NCBI GenBank assembly: GCA_964016885.1
Contig: OZ024742.1
Coordinates: forward strand, 215,140,001 to 215,204,000
Direction: 5' to 3'
Length of the DNA: 64,000 nucleotides
Source: Eledone cirrhosa
Lineage: Eukaryota
The position numbers and the translations under genes are program-made. The notes under the pieces were generated by a model, which was not told the DNA's origin, ran no database searches, and worked only from the letters and a program-made list of their open reading frames with translations. Shown one piece after another: positions 40,828 through 55,526 of the stretch; position 1 is the stretch's first letter; each line of letters starts with the position of its first letter.

Positions 40828-40910
40828 ACCTTTACCGATCGGTTTCGAATCCCAAAAATAAACGGAGGCCATATGGCCTTCGTTGCAAAGAAAGATTCTC
40901 GTCAGAAGGT
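40828..40910 (-). ncRNA. Canonical type I hammerhead ribozyme with extended stem II
   Basis: ACCTT-CTGACGA-GAATC-[AACGAAGGCCATATGGCCTCCGTT hairpin]-GATTC-GAAA-CCGATCGG-TA-AAGGT; G10.1-C11.1, palindromic stem III, GUA. Confidence 0.88.
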
Positions 40911-41117
40911 TCTTTTAATTAGAAGAATATAAAATTCTTGAATTTAAATTACGAACTAGCGCTATCCAAAACTGTTCCCGAGATGAGAGTGAATGAAGTG
41001 GAATCAATTTTTTCAAGGGCCGAAGTAAAGATAGAGGCAGAGGGAGGTAGGTCAACCTACATATATATACATATATATACATATATATGTATATATATAT
41101 ATATATACATATACATG

Positions 41118-41755
41118 TATTCTATTCTAAGGCGGGTAAAATTCCAGAGATCCATGGACGAGTTCTCTCCAGCGGTCTCTGTCCCTCATTATCGCTGCCA
41201 TGTCCTGCGTCTCCAATAGACCAGTGTCTGTCCTTAGGGCATCAACATACGTTAACCTTGGTCTTCCTCTTCTAGTGTGTCCAGGCCTAGCTCCCTCTAA
41301 TATCCTCCTCAGCATCAGGATGTGACTGGTGGTTGATCTACCCTCTCTGAAGCCGTTCTCGTTGTCCCTGAGCTTTTTCTCACTCTCAGGCTGGATCCTG
41401 TTAAGAATCATCTTGTTGGGGGTATTTGCCACAAGTGACATCAGTGAGATCCCCTTGTAGTTGTTGGTGTTAGAGAGATCTCCCTTCTTTGGCACTACGA
41501 CGATGTTACTGATCCTCCACTGATTCGGGGCAACTCCTTTCTCCAGTGCCCCGTTACAGAACCCCAGGATGATATCATCAAAATCACACCTCTTCATCAC
41601 CTCTGATGGCACTCCATCTTCTCCATGAGCCTTGCCCTCCTTGATCCTCTTCTTCGGTTTCTGAAGCTCCTCTCTGGTGAAGGGCTCTGTCTCAACATCA
41701 AGTTCCTCAAACAGCCGCCTGATCTCCCCAGTGCTCTGGAGAGATCAGGCTCTGT
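41118..41755 (-). mobile_element. Internally deleted RTE/RTEX-type LINE fragment
   Basis: Open frame PFTREEL...[12 protein letters not shown]...PKKGDLSNTNNYKGISL...NGFREGRSTTSHILMLRRILEG joined to RRGRPRLTYVD...DRDRWR; short TAGAA tail. Confidence 0.9.
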
Positions 41756-41847
41756 ATATATATATGTATATATATATATATATATACATATATATACATA
41801 TATATACATATATATACATTTATATGTATATATATATATATATACAC

Positions 41848-41975
<128 letters not shown>

Positions 41976-41993
41976 GTATATATATATATATAT

Positions 41994-42235
41994 AAGCAAG
42001 ATGTCGGCAATAAACTTGTTATAATGTCATAATAGTTCCTTTGTTCTTTTTCATTAATATTTCTGCTCTGCTTATACTCATAGAGCTTAACTAGCTACCG
42101 TCGCATATTTGGTAGGTCAGGCGTGATCATCGCGATTCATATACGACCTACCATACATCTTGCTGGTCGGACGAAACGGCTGTCGGCAATAAACTTGTTA
42201 TAATGTCATAATAGTTCCTTTGTTCTTTTTCATTA

Positions 42236-42238
<3 letters not shown>
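41994..42238 (+). mobile_element. Small PLE-type terminal fragment with tandem-duplicated tail and half hammerhead
   Basis: 42002-42058 repeated at 42181-42237; GAAA-CGGCTG-TC-GGCAATAAA at about 42173; GGTAGGTC/GACCTACC stem; no CTGANGA found. Confidence 0.55.
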
Positions 42239-42925
<687 letters not shown>

Positions 42926-43486
42926 TGTTTTTTTTTGGCGGTAATTCACTTCCTCATTTTTTTAATCAGTTTGAGCACTTCTTTCAGAAATGCTGGACTG
43001 GCAACCTGACATATACCTCAGGCACAGAAAGTGATTATCGCTAAATGCTGATGTTGGTTAGATTATCAATATTAGTATTATTGGGGCACCCACTGATGAC
43101 TTATAGGAGCCCACTTGAATATATATCTATTGATGGTATACAAGCTCCTACATAGATTGGTATAATTTCACCCAAATTATAGGAATCCTATAATGAAACG
43201 AGACGTCCGTCTGGGAAGAGATATATTAGATATGTCTCATTTGAAATAATACAGCCAATTTTCCACGCAATACTTTTAGTTAGCACCCCGAACATATAAT
43301 TGGGAATATAATCACTTATTTCCTAATGTTTGTTGAGTGAGTTGGAATTTGGCCGGTGTATCGCTAAAAAGCCTTCTCCGATATTGTATTTATCTATCTA
43401 TATATACATATATATACATATATATATTTATAAAGATATATATATATACTTATATATATATATATATATAAAGGTTTACATATATA

Positions 43487-43546
43487 AGGCGGTGCCCCAG
43501 CATGGCCTCAGCCGGATGGCTGAAACAGGTAAAAGAGTAAAAGAGT
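43487..43546 (+). mobile_element. 3' end of a second SINE family
   Basis: GGCGGTGCCCCAGCATGGCC...TGAAACAGG followed by (TAAAAGAG)2 tail; resembles an octopus SINE end from memory only. Confidence 0.55.
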
Positions 43547-44690
43547 ATACATACATATACGTGTTTTGCAACGGGTCACTTTGTGGCTCAATGAAAAGTT
43601 AAGAAATTAAATAATCAGAGCTATATATCATAAAAGATGTCTATAGAATCATCAGATAAAATATATACCATTTGTTCTCCCATTTACCATAATTAACCAT
43701 ATAAAACATCGAATAGACCAGGCAATAAGAATAAGGCTCTATGAAAAAATCTCCAACAAGTAACCGAAACCAGCCCTTCGCGCCGACTGCAACGGAATAT
43801 TTATCGTATATTTTGACAGCATAATCGCCTAGATATACAGTCAATTAAACAGAATTAGGTGTAAACTAAACTAGGCGAAAAGAGAATACATTTAATGACC
43901 TCGACCATGGTTTCGTCAGCATTTTAAGATTTCCGATAACTTCGGAACCTTGAGCACCGGACTCTTCAAGATTTTGCTCAAATCTAGACAGTAAATTTTC
44001 CAAAGTGATCGCACCAAGAATACATTCAAAAATGGCTAAGAATCGTGACGTAGCAGCGGTCAGGTTGAGCCACAAAGTGACCCGTTGCAAAACACGTATA
44101 TGTATGTATGTATATATATATATATATATATATGTAAACCTTTATATGTAATAATCTCCAGTTAGATTGAGATACAAATTTGGCTGTATTGTGCTGCGCC
44201 TTCTAGCAAAAAGACACCAGCCGTATCAACTAACCACACTCCTTCCAACCTGACCGCTGCTACGTCACGATTCTTAGTCATTTTTGAATGTATTCTTGGC
44301 GCGATCACTTTGGAAAATTTATTTCTAGATTTGAGCAAACTCCTGAAGAGACCGGTGCTCAAGGTTCCGAAGTTATCGGAAATCTTAAAATGCGGACGAA
44401 ACCATGGTCGAGGTCAATAAATGTATTCTCTTTTCTCCTAGTTTATTTTACACCTAATTCTGTTTAATTGACTGTATATCTAGGCGATTACGCTGTCAAA
44501 ATATTCGATAAATATTCCGTTGCAGTCGGCGCGAAGGGCTGGTTTCGGTTATTTGTTGGAGATTTCTTCATAGAAGCCTTATTCTTATAGCCTGGTCTAT
44601 TCGATTTTTTATATGGTTACTTATGCTAATTGGGAGAGGAAATGGTATATATTTTATGTGGTGATTCTATAGACATCTTTTATGATATAT
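43547..44690. mobile_element. Head-to-head pair of family E hammerhead-bearing elements
   Basis: 43622-44066 is the reverse complement of about 44246-44690; extra ~45-bp inverted repeat 43547-43591 / 44064-44108; HHRs at 43900-43972 (-) and 44340-44412 (+). Confidence 0.85.
44340..44412 (+). ncRNA. Type I hammerhead (family E)
   Basis: CTC-CTGAAGA-GACCG-[TTCCGA/TCGGAA hairpin]-CGGAC-GAAA-CCATGG-TC-GAG, then AATAAA. Confidence 0.75.
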
Positions 44691-44699
44691 ATATATGTA

Positions 44700-45262
44700 T
44701 AACTTTGAATAACTTTGAAATGTTTTGGCCAGTATTGGCCCAGGCCACGTCTAACTTAATAACACCACCTGGTGAAGTCTTTCACTTCAGGATTTGGACA
44801 CCATGGCCCATTCGAGAAGAGAATTACTGTTCGCGGAGGCATATCTGTGTATGGGTGGTTTGTCGGGATAACTTGGAGGAATTTGTCCAAAGACCTCTTG
44901 AATTTTGTGTGGTCAGATTCTGTTTTGAGGTGTCCTGGTGTGATGTTGAAGAGAGCAGGGCCAATTGAGGTGAAATAATTGTGCCGTATTGTTGTTATGA
45001 GTTGCGATTTAGATTTTTGTTTGGGACGGATAGCACGGGGCCCAAGCTTTGGGTGTATTTTGAAGGTGATGCCAACATCATTTGGGCAGTGCTGATGAAA
45101 CATTGTCCACATCATGCATATAATATAACGCTCACGGCGACGTTGGAGTGAGTAAAGTTTCAGCTTTTCTAGTCGACCCCAGTAGTCAAGGTCTGACATG
45201 ACATCTATCTTTTTCATGATTGCTCTTTGGGGAGCTTCAAGTTTCATGATACTCATATTCAG
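44700..45262 (-). mobile_element. CR1/L2-type LINE 3' end
   Basis: KLEAPQRAIMKKI...LDYWGRLEKLKLYSLQRRRER...ALFN...FKRSLDKFL; tail (TTCAAAGTTA)2. Confidence 0.88.
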
Positions 45263-45935
45263 CGAGAGATTGTACTCATATGTAATGTATATATGTGTGT
45301 GTGGGGGGGGGGGGGGGGCGGAGTATATATGGCTGTGTATAAGGGTATATATGCGGGGATATATATATAATTGTGGGGAAGGGCTGAGTACTTTTAGGTG
45401 TATATATATGCCTAGTACCAAATAAGCGAAAGTGTCAATACAATGTTAGAAGAGACAGTTTACATTGTACATTTTATTTTATCGTCTTACAGCATATACA
45501 TTATGCACATTTCGAATGCATTGAAAAGTCATTGTGCAGTAGTAAGTTAATGCGTTGCCGACAGACGGGTGCTGAAAAGGTATAAACATGTTTTTGTCTC
45601 GGTTTTTGATATGCCTTCAAATGATATGCCTGCCATTGTGGTTCAATCAGACCTTGCATTGAATAATAAACTATTAATGACTTTGAAATGTATAGACTGG
45701 GTATGATATAAAACAATAAACTGAAGTGAAAAAGGAAAACAAAACGTATGTTATTCTTATATATATATATATACATTTAGTATACTTCGTCTAAAGAGAA
45801 AATCTATATCATTAATCTGACAAAATTTCCTATATCATCTAAACATTTAGTAAAATATCGATTTTCTCATGTTTATCGCAAATATTTACTACTTAAAGTG
45901 GGTAGTACCCACCCCACCCCCACGCCTCATATGTG

Positions 45936-45968
<33 letters not shown>

Positions 45969-47184
45969 ATTGATATAGGAGCAACGACAAATATATAGAT
46001 GTATATGCATATATGTATATTATGTACATACACATACATATACTTCTGTGTGTGAGGGTGTGTACTGATGGTGCTAAATTTAGGGATGCATTTTCAATTC
46101 GAAAAAATGCCAGTGTTTCTATTTTTTATTGACACATTGATTATGTCTGAGGGAACGGTTAAAGAAATTTAACTGAAATTGTATAGAATTGTAAATGACA
46201 AACATTTAAGGTATATATAAATAAATGTGTGAGTGTGTATACGCGTGCTTGCATGTTTCTGTGCATGTGTGTATGTGTGTATCTCTCTGCATGAATACAT
46301 TGTGCAGAGCACCGTAAATATCATAATAGGTAGACAAATTAAAAAAAATATATATATTCTAAAAATGCGATTAAATTAAGTAGAAAAATAATTGGTTGAA
46401 ATATTTATGTTAGGAGTAAACAAAATATGTGATCATAGATATACTTGAAACGTGAACTAAGCATAGATAAATGTAATACAGTGTGTAGAAGATGATAAAA
46501 TCAACGTAGTGAATACAATGTTTGTGTGAATAAATGCCAAAGGAATCAAACAAAGTAGGGGGCCAAATTGATATCAGAATATCGTCAGAATCATTCTACT
46601 TGATTTGTTCCTGGGAAAAATTAGGTTTCGCCTTCATTCAGAACAATCACTATTTGCTAAAAGATGAAAGTTGCATCAAATAATGATTTCAGTATCCAAT
46701 TAGGAATAATTTCTCTTGTCTATTATATAGTACATACAAATAAATATTGTCCAAGATTTATTTACATAGTAAATAGTTAGTGTTCAATTATGATTGAGTG
46801 TATTGAAATGTCACTATAGGGACTTTAGGGGATATTCAAATTAGTATACTTGTCTGATTTTCTAAATCGTACAGAAATTATATTCACACTGTCGAAATAA
46901 TATATACATTAATACTCTTAAACCGTATGACCTTCACAATACGCAATATGTGTTGTTAAACCTATCTAATTGTTAGCGACGGATAGAAAATATTCTGAGA
47001 GTACTTCTTATATATATTTTATGATTTGCATAGTATACTTCAAATTCTGGTGGTCTTGATACCATGACAGAGTTTTAGAATCCACTGGAAACGTTCCTAA
47101 AATTCTTCGGAATCGGGATAACATCATACATTTTGGAAACATATTTAGAGATTCCCCAAACTAATTTTGATACCAACATTTCAC

Positions 47185-47396
47185 TCCTGACTGGATGGTC
47201 CCATTTGGGGATATAGCCGAATCATGGAGACCACTGCTTGTGACAGGACCCGCCGGAAGGAGTGTTTGAGGACTATCCTCCTCCCACAAACCTCTCAAGA
47301 AGAAGAAGAAGAAGAAGAAGAAGAAGAAGAAGAAGAAGAAGAAGAAGAAGAAGAAGAAGAAGAAGAAGAAGAAGAAGAAGAAGAAGAAGAAGAAGA
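47185..47396 (+). mobile_element. Short RTE-like 3' end with (AAG)n tail
   Basis: GYSRIMETTACDRTRRKECL resembles the RTE C-terminal W..LA.DR..W motif; followed by about 100 bp of (AAG)n. Confidence 0.6.
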
Positions 47397-47449
47397 TAAA
47401 TGATGTATCAAAGTTATCGATGTTGAACTTCACTAGTCTTCAATATATT

Positions 47450-50400
47450 GAATTCCAGAATATATTATGGATAATGTCTGAGAAATAAATGATAACCTAT
47501 ATGAATACCTCCAGTACATTTACACATACTATGACTGAAGCGAGTATGCTCTCAGAGCACCCAACACTTCCGTCGTGCGTTTTGTTTGCATTAAATGCTC
47601 ATATAAATATGATGCCATGTAAACGTTAGGAATTGAACAGGAGTTATGTAATGATGGTATGTCTTTGGTTATTGTTACAGCATTTTTTATACAACTATTG
47701 TAACCGAAAGGTTGGCGCCAGGCAGCATTACTAATCTAGTGTATGGCAACCAATTTGTTTCCATACAACAATTATTTATCCATTTTGCAAAATTTGTGAC
47801 ATTGCATTATTGTTGCTGCATTTAGTACCAAACATGGCAAAGAAATGGGACATGGCTGTACTTATACGCAGCATCTATATTACTGCAAAGGGCTCATATT
47901 CGTGGCCATAGCGGTTCTATAAAAAGTTTGAACATTATAAAAGTTCTAGTTTTAATACATCTTGGTACAGCTGATGATGTCATCAGAAAATATAATGACG
48001 TCAGCACCATTTTTGTACTGCAGAAATATCTACTTATCACTGGCCATGTTTCAGAGCATAAATGGTTCAGGAGAAAAGCGGCAGGTGTTATGGTTGTGTG
48101 AGAGCTGACATCTGGCTTACGAAGCCCCTGAAACACTAAGGTTTTATACGGTTAAACAATTGAAAAGAAATACAACTGATTTATATGAAGTCTTTTCTTT
48201 CAGAGCCCAACAGGCTTAGTAAATAAAGATGCACACCTACTTTCAAAACGCATGCTAAATTTATCAATATACAAAGTAACATGTCACAAATCTGATCAAG
48301 TATTTATAGAAACACTTCATGCGTGATTAATGTGTAAAGGTAAAGTAATTGTGTAATAAACTTTATAGAATTTTCTCAATATTAAGGAGATTCTATATCA
48401 ACACTGTGGCAGCTCAACAGATTTTAAATATTGTCTTGAACCTACGAAGAAAACGAGGCATGAAAGTTTCAAATTGCAAAGAATTTGCACGCTAGACGTC
48501 ATATACATCGCATTCATGTACTTTTTTGCAACGAGGCTGGTGTTCAACATTTTAGGCAAGATACTTAAGCATTTCATATTGGACATGTATCAGAAAATTG
48601 AATCTTAACGGTTTTCGTCAGTCATATTAAATCAAATTGTTTATAATTGAGGAACATATTCTTCTAAGGCATGCCCTGGACAACAAGCCCTCAAAATGTT
48701 GAGCAACATACTGTATCCCTATCATTGGTTATAGATGCTAAAAAATACATGCATGTATTAACGATGCATATTATTACATATATGAACATTTCGATCTATA
48801 TTATCTTTTTACTATCTTCATGTGCGACTCAAAGTGAAAAAGAAGCTGGGTTATGTCAAATAAGGATAGAATCTGCATGATATTTTCACCGGATTTCAAT
48901 CAAATCGAAAGAACACTTTTTGAAATATCTATCTTCGGAACATTTCCTTTATTCAGGTGCACTACAACCTGGTATAATTGCTTATGCTGTACTCAGATGT
49001 TGGTTGGATAGAGAGAAAAATCGATGAAATTGAAATTAATGATGTTCTTTCAGACAAAATATGAGATAGGGTTCCTCTCCTTCATGTGTTTGTGGAGAAT
49101 GTTATTGTTCATTGAGACTTCTAAGCATATACTATACTGGTATAGAATATGATAAATACACAAGGATTTCTGGCTGAGAGGTTATCCGACAATGATGGGT
49201 TTCCACTGTAAAATGAAGGAAACAAACAAAGAAATATACCAGCTCACAATAAGATCACATACTTAAAAAGACAACCAATGAATTCACCACTTCTTTGAAT
49301 GTTTCTAATGCATAGCGTATTGCTGTTTTAAAGATCTATCTTCAAAATAATTTTCTATTTTTTGTACTCTTGTTAAAGATGTGATGATCCAGAATGTTGG
49401 ATGAATCATGTCCATTAAACATGTTGGAGTTATATAAAATTTAACAACTCCACGTATTACATCGTCTATTCGTTATTTTATGTGTTTTTCATTTATTATA
49501 TTTAATACCTTCTTGATGCGAATAAAACTTACCAGCCAGACAGATACAACGAAACTACTAAAAGTGCCTACATAATTTAGGAATGCCTGATCGAATGCTG
49601 CAATTAGAGCTTCATCTGTAATATAATAATTTTTTTTATTTTACGGCGTTAAATGCCTCTGATATTTTCCATTATTTTATGAGCAATATTAAAAGTATGA
49701 ATTTGCAAAAACGTGTCCAGATGTGAAGTCACAAGATATTGTATTTAGCAAGTTTTCAGCGATGAAGGTATTTCATATATGTACCTGGATGCATGACAAT
49801 ACGTTTATTTGAATGTGTGACGTTTACGTGACAGTAACGTTTACATGATACAAAATATGGAAATCATTTTACATCCCTGATAGCAAATTCGGTTCAATTA
49901 GTTCAGAGATCTGTTCCAACAATATCCGACTCTAGAAAATTGGCAATGAAATATAATATTAGAATATTTTCGTATATCTTCGTTCACTTCAAATCCCCAC
50001 TCTTTCTTCACCAACTCCGGATTGTTCTGCAATTAATCAAATGCAATGTATTAATCGCTAAAGAATTTATATTTGAAGACATCGTACAGCAGTTAAAAAT
50101 CATTACGCTTAATTGGTCTTCAAAATAACAATTATAATTTTGCTCATTAAAAAGCGAATAATTTTGTAGAATGATTTTGTCAAGAAACTTTGAATAATAT
50201 TTACTTTAATTCTGTGAAGATACTAAATGTTCATGAAGATTTTCAGAGAAACATCTTATATTGTTTTAAATTAGATGAGTATGTTCAATTACTTGAATCA
50301 AAAGTTAAGGCAGATCAAGCAAGTGCTTACTATGAATTGGTTTAAATAATCTCAGGAAAAACGTAATTTCTTTACTTAGATTTTGCCACATAGTTCCTCA

Positions 50401-50560
50401 TTATTTGAGAGGCGGAAGGTCTGATAAAATCCTTTTTAAACTTCATTTATGGGCTATATAATCACGTACAATATTAGCAGATTCAATCATTCTGGTTTTT
50501 CTCAAAACATTGAACGGCTAGACTCTTTAATAACACATTTATTCACAAGGTGATGTATTA
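47450..50560 (+). pseudogene. Heavily decayed Helitron Rep/helicase coding region
   Basis: Remnants in expected order: FILDMYQKIES*RF...IEEHILLRHALDN, INDVLSDKI, DNDGFPL, DNQ*I, DQASAY...FLYLD, GGRSDKILFKL; boundaries approximate. Confidence 0.7.
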
Positions 50561-50599
50561 TGATACGTAAATTCCACACATGTCAATAGAAATTTACAT

Positions 50600-53400
50600 C
50601 GGGATATATCACTGAATCACTTCTAGTTCCTCTGGTACGTATACTCCCCCGTATATCTACTCATTCTGCTGTACGTCAACCTCTATCAACGCCCAACAAC
50701 GTTTTGATCACATCTCCTTATACATTGAATACATACACTTCAATTATACCCTTTTTAATACCATTTATATCCGTGATTCCAATGCCCATATATCTTCATA
50801 ATTTACAATTATCACATAATGAAGCCATCGGTAGAATATTTGAATACCCTGCGATATTGAACATTCTAAATTGCAATGTTTCATGCTACACTTGCATTTC
50901 TGACTGATATTCAGCAATTCCTATCATCCATTGCCTTTTCCACATCTTCAAACCTAATCCCTGTTGATTCATAACTGTCACTACACATATCGGCTAATTC
51001 TACCATTTCGTTATTGCAGCTACTCAGTACACATCCAAAAGCTACTCAATGCCTCTCACCTCCCGGTACGTAGTTTTATTTTTTTAATTAACCGACTGAT
51101 TCAATCTTCGGCAGTTTTACGCCTACTTGCATACAATAAATATAAAATTACCGGCAATTTCAACATAGCACTATGGCCGATGACGCTGACAATGTCATCA
51201 CGACCACTCCTCATTTAATCTCATGAGCTAGCCCCTATACTTTTCAATTACCCTTTTCTCTCTTGAAGGACGAAACAGATGTTTGATTCTAAATGGAGTA
51301 AACTGCCATGGCTCTGCCAATTAACGCCTCATTTCACTGAATTGTATACGAAACGTGCTACAGACCGACATCTATGTTTTCAAACACCTTGAATCTCTCT
51401 CTTTACTGCCCTCACTCTCTCTCTCTCTCACTCTTGCTCTAACAACAGCTTCTGATATCAGAACTTGTCATAAGTATCCATCTTTGGGATTCAAATATCT
51501 TTTATTTTTTGTATTAACTATCTAGATTTTCCATTAGCTCGTGCATTAGGGTCCCTGTTTATTATGCTAAGCACAATATCACCGGAAACAGTCATAACAA
51601 TACCGTACGGCCTGTGAAATCTATGGGATCCTTCCTAATGTTGAGACCTAGCAAGAAAACGATCGCCTTCATACTTGAACACATATTGTTGTAATATTTT
51701 ATCTTAACAAATAAAACAGTATACCATTGTGTTTGATCATATAATGTTTAACATTTCGATGTTTTCCTCTTCATGTCGCACATTAACAATACTTGATATA
51801 TTAATCTCTAGAACTATGTAGATCACCCAGACAGATAGAAAAACATTCTCCACTCGTTGAGGTGTAAGTTTGTTAAATGATATCCCATCCATATTCTATG
51901 CCCATCCCAAGCTTCAAGTAGTACATCCACCGCTCTATACCTTCTTCAGACATGTTTCAAATGAAGAAATCCTGAGTTAATTCATTTCAGAAAAAAAAGC
52001 CCAGCTAATCCTAAATCGAAAGCCATATTTGTCATGGATACAAAAACATATTTATTACTTAACTAAAGATCTGATAATTTGTTACCGTTAATTAATGAGT
52101 TATATAGAAATATTTATGTAAGTAAGACCTCGTAATAATCGTCTTTCCATTCACATCCAAAATACAAGCAGAGCGACATCAAGAAATCATATTCTCTCAT
52201 CCTAATTTTAAATATGTTTTCTATCGAGGTGACATATATGAGATCACACACTTACATTGGTAAACAGCACTCAGAATGAAAACCATCAACATCACTGATA
52301 AGACATTATTTATTGAAAATATTCCATGGTTGACGCATTATAATATCCCAAAATTCTATATCTCTTACTTTTTCATGTTTTACATTTCTCTGCTTCTATG
52401 TCTCGCCTTGTATATTTAGCAATAATAAAAAAAATCTTTCGGAAATATTTCATTGCCGCAGTTTCTACATAAATCTATTCATTTCAGCAATTTCTTATCA
52501 AACTAGATTCCATTTTTATTTATTTATATGTATTTAAATGACGCCAGAAAGAATATTCGCCAAGGTTAGATTAATGCTCTTTATAAAATCAATGTTTTTG
52601 ATTTCTTCTGAATAAAATTTTATATTTCTAATTCAACATGATAAAACCCGCATGAATCAAATAGACATTATCAAACAAGCTATTCTCCATATTGCTTATT
52701 GCCTCTGGTCTTACACACAATGACTAAACATTCCACCTTAAGCATAGTCGAATCCATTATTAATTCATATAATATTTTGAATTCTATTTCATCTCTTTTT
52801 AAACGTTGCTCTCATATTAAAGACATAATTATTATTTACTTGCATTTACATTTATGTTTTCTTTATAATAATTATTGAATTATTATTACGGGTTTGTTTC
52901 GGTTGTTTTCATAAGATGTATTATAGAAAAACTGTATTTTGTATCAAAGCTTTCAGGATATGTTTATTGAAATAGTTCCAATGCTACTTACGGATCATCA
53001 TTATGAAAATTAAAAGAACGAAGACTGTGGAAACATATTTTTTCACGTACCAATTCGGGGGTCAAAAAGGAGCGCCATGTGCTTGATGAATATAGAGCCC
53101 TTTCAAAAGCTTCAGTTAATTGAAAATCCTGCGGTACTAATTTGTGTAGGAAAATATTTGGGAAGCTCTCATATAACAGCTTAATGTTTCCCCAAAGCCA
53201 CATCTTTATATCGCATCAAGACTATTGCCGATTCATATTATTTATGGCAGAAATGTTCACGACTGCAACATTTCGGAACCGAAAACTGCCAATTAACATA
53301 AATGAAACGAAATCTATTCATCCAGAAACAATATACTGTTGTTTACTTCGTTATAAATCACTTCACCATCATCTCCAGCTTTATTAAAAATATACAGATG
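50600..53400 (-). pseudogene. Possible very decayed Gypsy-type pol
   Basis: Weak remnants YSSSTWRSFL...ICF..LRSFN (RT start), VALLVFWM-like RNase H segment and PIDFT (integrase-like) in plausible order. Confidence 0.4.
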
Positions 53401-54609
53401 CAAGACGCAAATCCTAGTAAGTATGCAACGACACAATACTATAACAGTAACAACAGTATTTGGAAATTACATGGACTATACGTTATCTTCTCATTTCTCA
53501 CACTAAATTTGTGGTCAATTATCCAAATAAATATCCAATGCCTTGTAACTTATTACTAGGCACATGCAAACATTTAAACTCAGAAAAAAACTCCAATCAG
53601 TATTTCATATATTGCATAACTATTATATAACATCATTATGCAGATAGTCTCGTCTCAAACGCAGAATCATTTTACAATTCTTTATAAAAGGGCGACATCA
53701 GTTGGAAACGTTCCAGTTCGAAGCTAACTAGAATTCAATTGTAATCATTACCCTTGCTTCTAGCTACAAATGTTTGTGAAAAGAGATATTTATTCCCTCT
53801 ATTGTTTTTCTCGTTAATCTTTAATTGCATTCAGTACTTTGGGGAATTAGCATTGACTTTTATCTGGCTTTTACCCGATCATATCTAAACTAGTACACTA
53901 TTAGCTAGACAATAACATTTCGAATTTCAAGTTTCAAAGCTCATACATACAAACAAATAAAATGGAAAGTTTGCCTTCCATGAAATAAAGCGGAAAATTT
54001 TAATAGATATTTACAATTGATACATGGAAACCAGAGTAATACCTAAATATCATGCTCTATAGATGACATTCAAGATTATTCTGAGGATGATTAATTATTT
54101 ACACACAAATTTCATTTTAGCGTCAGGAAAGTCACTCACGATGCACAATGCGCTTTTTACTACCATCATTGTACGAGTACGCAAGTGTATCTAATGATTA
54201 TAAACACGGTTTCGATTTTCATCTGAAAGTGTTTCGTTAACTTGACTTATTCTTGTTAAAATGATGCCGTTATAGCTAATTTTACAGAATATATACGTTA
54301 TTGCTTTTTATCTATTTATCTAAACAGAGAATGTCTGTATGTCTGTCTATATGTCTGTCTGCCTAAAACTCGAGGACGACCCAACCGATCTTTTTCAAAA
54401 TTTAAACATGTAATACTTATGGTCGTGCGAGTGTTTTGAGCAAAATATTTCAGATGTTTAATGCCCTAGGAACCGCATCATGCGCTAGTTAGCGATCTCT
54501 CTCTCTCTTTCTCAGTGCGTCTTTTTAGATAGATACATAGCTATAATGTCGCGCCCTAATACAATCTGTCAGTATATCTGGCTGTCTGCATTATGACATT
54601 ATAAAAACA

Positions 54610-54811
54610 TAAAACGCAGAAGTAAATATTTCTAAAAACGTTGCAACCAAAGGAAAACAGGAAGAATATACTTTGATTCGTGAAGACGCTTCCTGGCAAT
54701 GAACGCAAAAAAGCGAAGATAATACGTCAGCAATGAGAACAATATTTGCACTAGGGTTCCTATATATTTGATATATATTTTTCCTTATCGAGCCCTCTTT
54801 GATTCGACTAA

Positions 54812-54812
<1 letters not shown>
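54610..54812. mobile_element. Rearranged family B fragment
   Basis: AAACGCAGAA...AAAACGTTGCAACC inverts 40140-40260; AATATTTGC...TTCCTTATCGAGCCCTCTTT is the family tail. Confidence 0.65.
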
Positions 54813-54881
<69 letters not shown>

Positions 54882-54931
54882 GCACATACTTATATGTATA
54901 CAGACGTACAGTAGTATGTATATATATATAT

Positions 54932-55526
54932 AGTGGCTGCCAACTCGTTTTCGAGTACGGCCACTACTTTATATCCATGTAGGAGAACTCCTACCGATGC
55001 GCTGAACAAGTGTGACATTTTAGTCCAGCCACAGAGACTTGAAAACTCTGGTATAAACACTACACTTGTGACAATTATTGACACATAGTGTTGGGCCCAT
55101 GGTACCATGTGACGACAAGTGCAGAGAGATCTCCAGATATGAAGCAATGTCTGTGCCGCGAAGCTTTTATAGTGAGCAAAGGCACTGCACAAAGCCAGTC
55201 CCACTCTCTTAACCAAGATAATATTTACCAAAAAGAAGAACAAATCAACATCATTGGATACCATCAGGGTTGCAGGTGTTATATCAGAGTTTTCCTTCTC
55301 CTAGAATTCTGCCTTGACAAAGGCTAAGGGGTCATCTCTCCTGGTGATTTTGGATGGCCATTGACTCTTAAGAGCTCCTTTGCCCTTTGACAGGTTTTGT
55401 TTTTAGTCCTGCAGGATGTCCAAAGTCTCCCTCCTCACCAAGAAATCTTGGCGGGGTTGCCAGTTTAGTCGCCAACGACCCGACCTTGAGACAGGTTGTA
55501 CTGGGATACATGTTACCAGTAGCACC
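54932..55526 (-). mobile_element. 5' end of an RTE-like LINE (structured 5' UTR plus decayed ORF start)
   Basis: GCCTTTGTCAAGGC...CTAGGAGAAGGAAAACTCTGA motif typical of RTE 5' UTRs; SASVGVLL resembles APE G-VG-LL; interrupts a family C unit at a TA tract. Confidence 0.55.
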
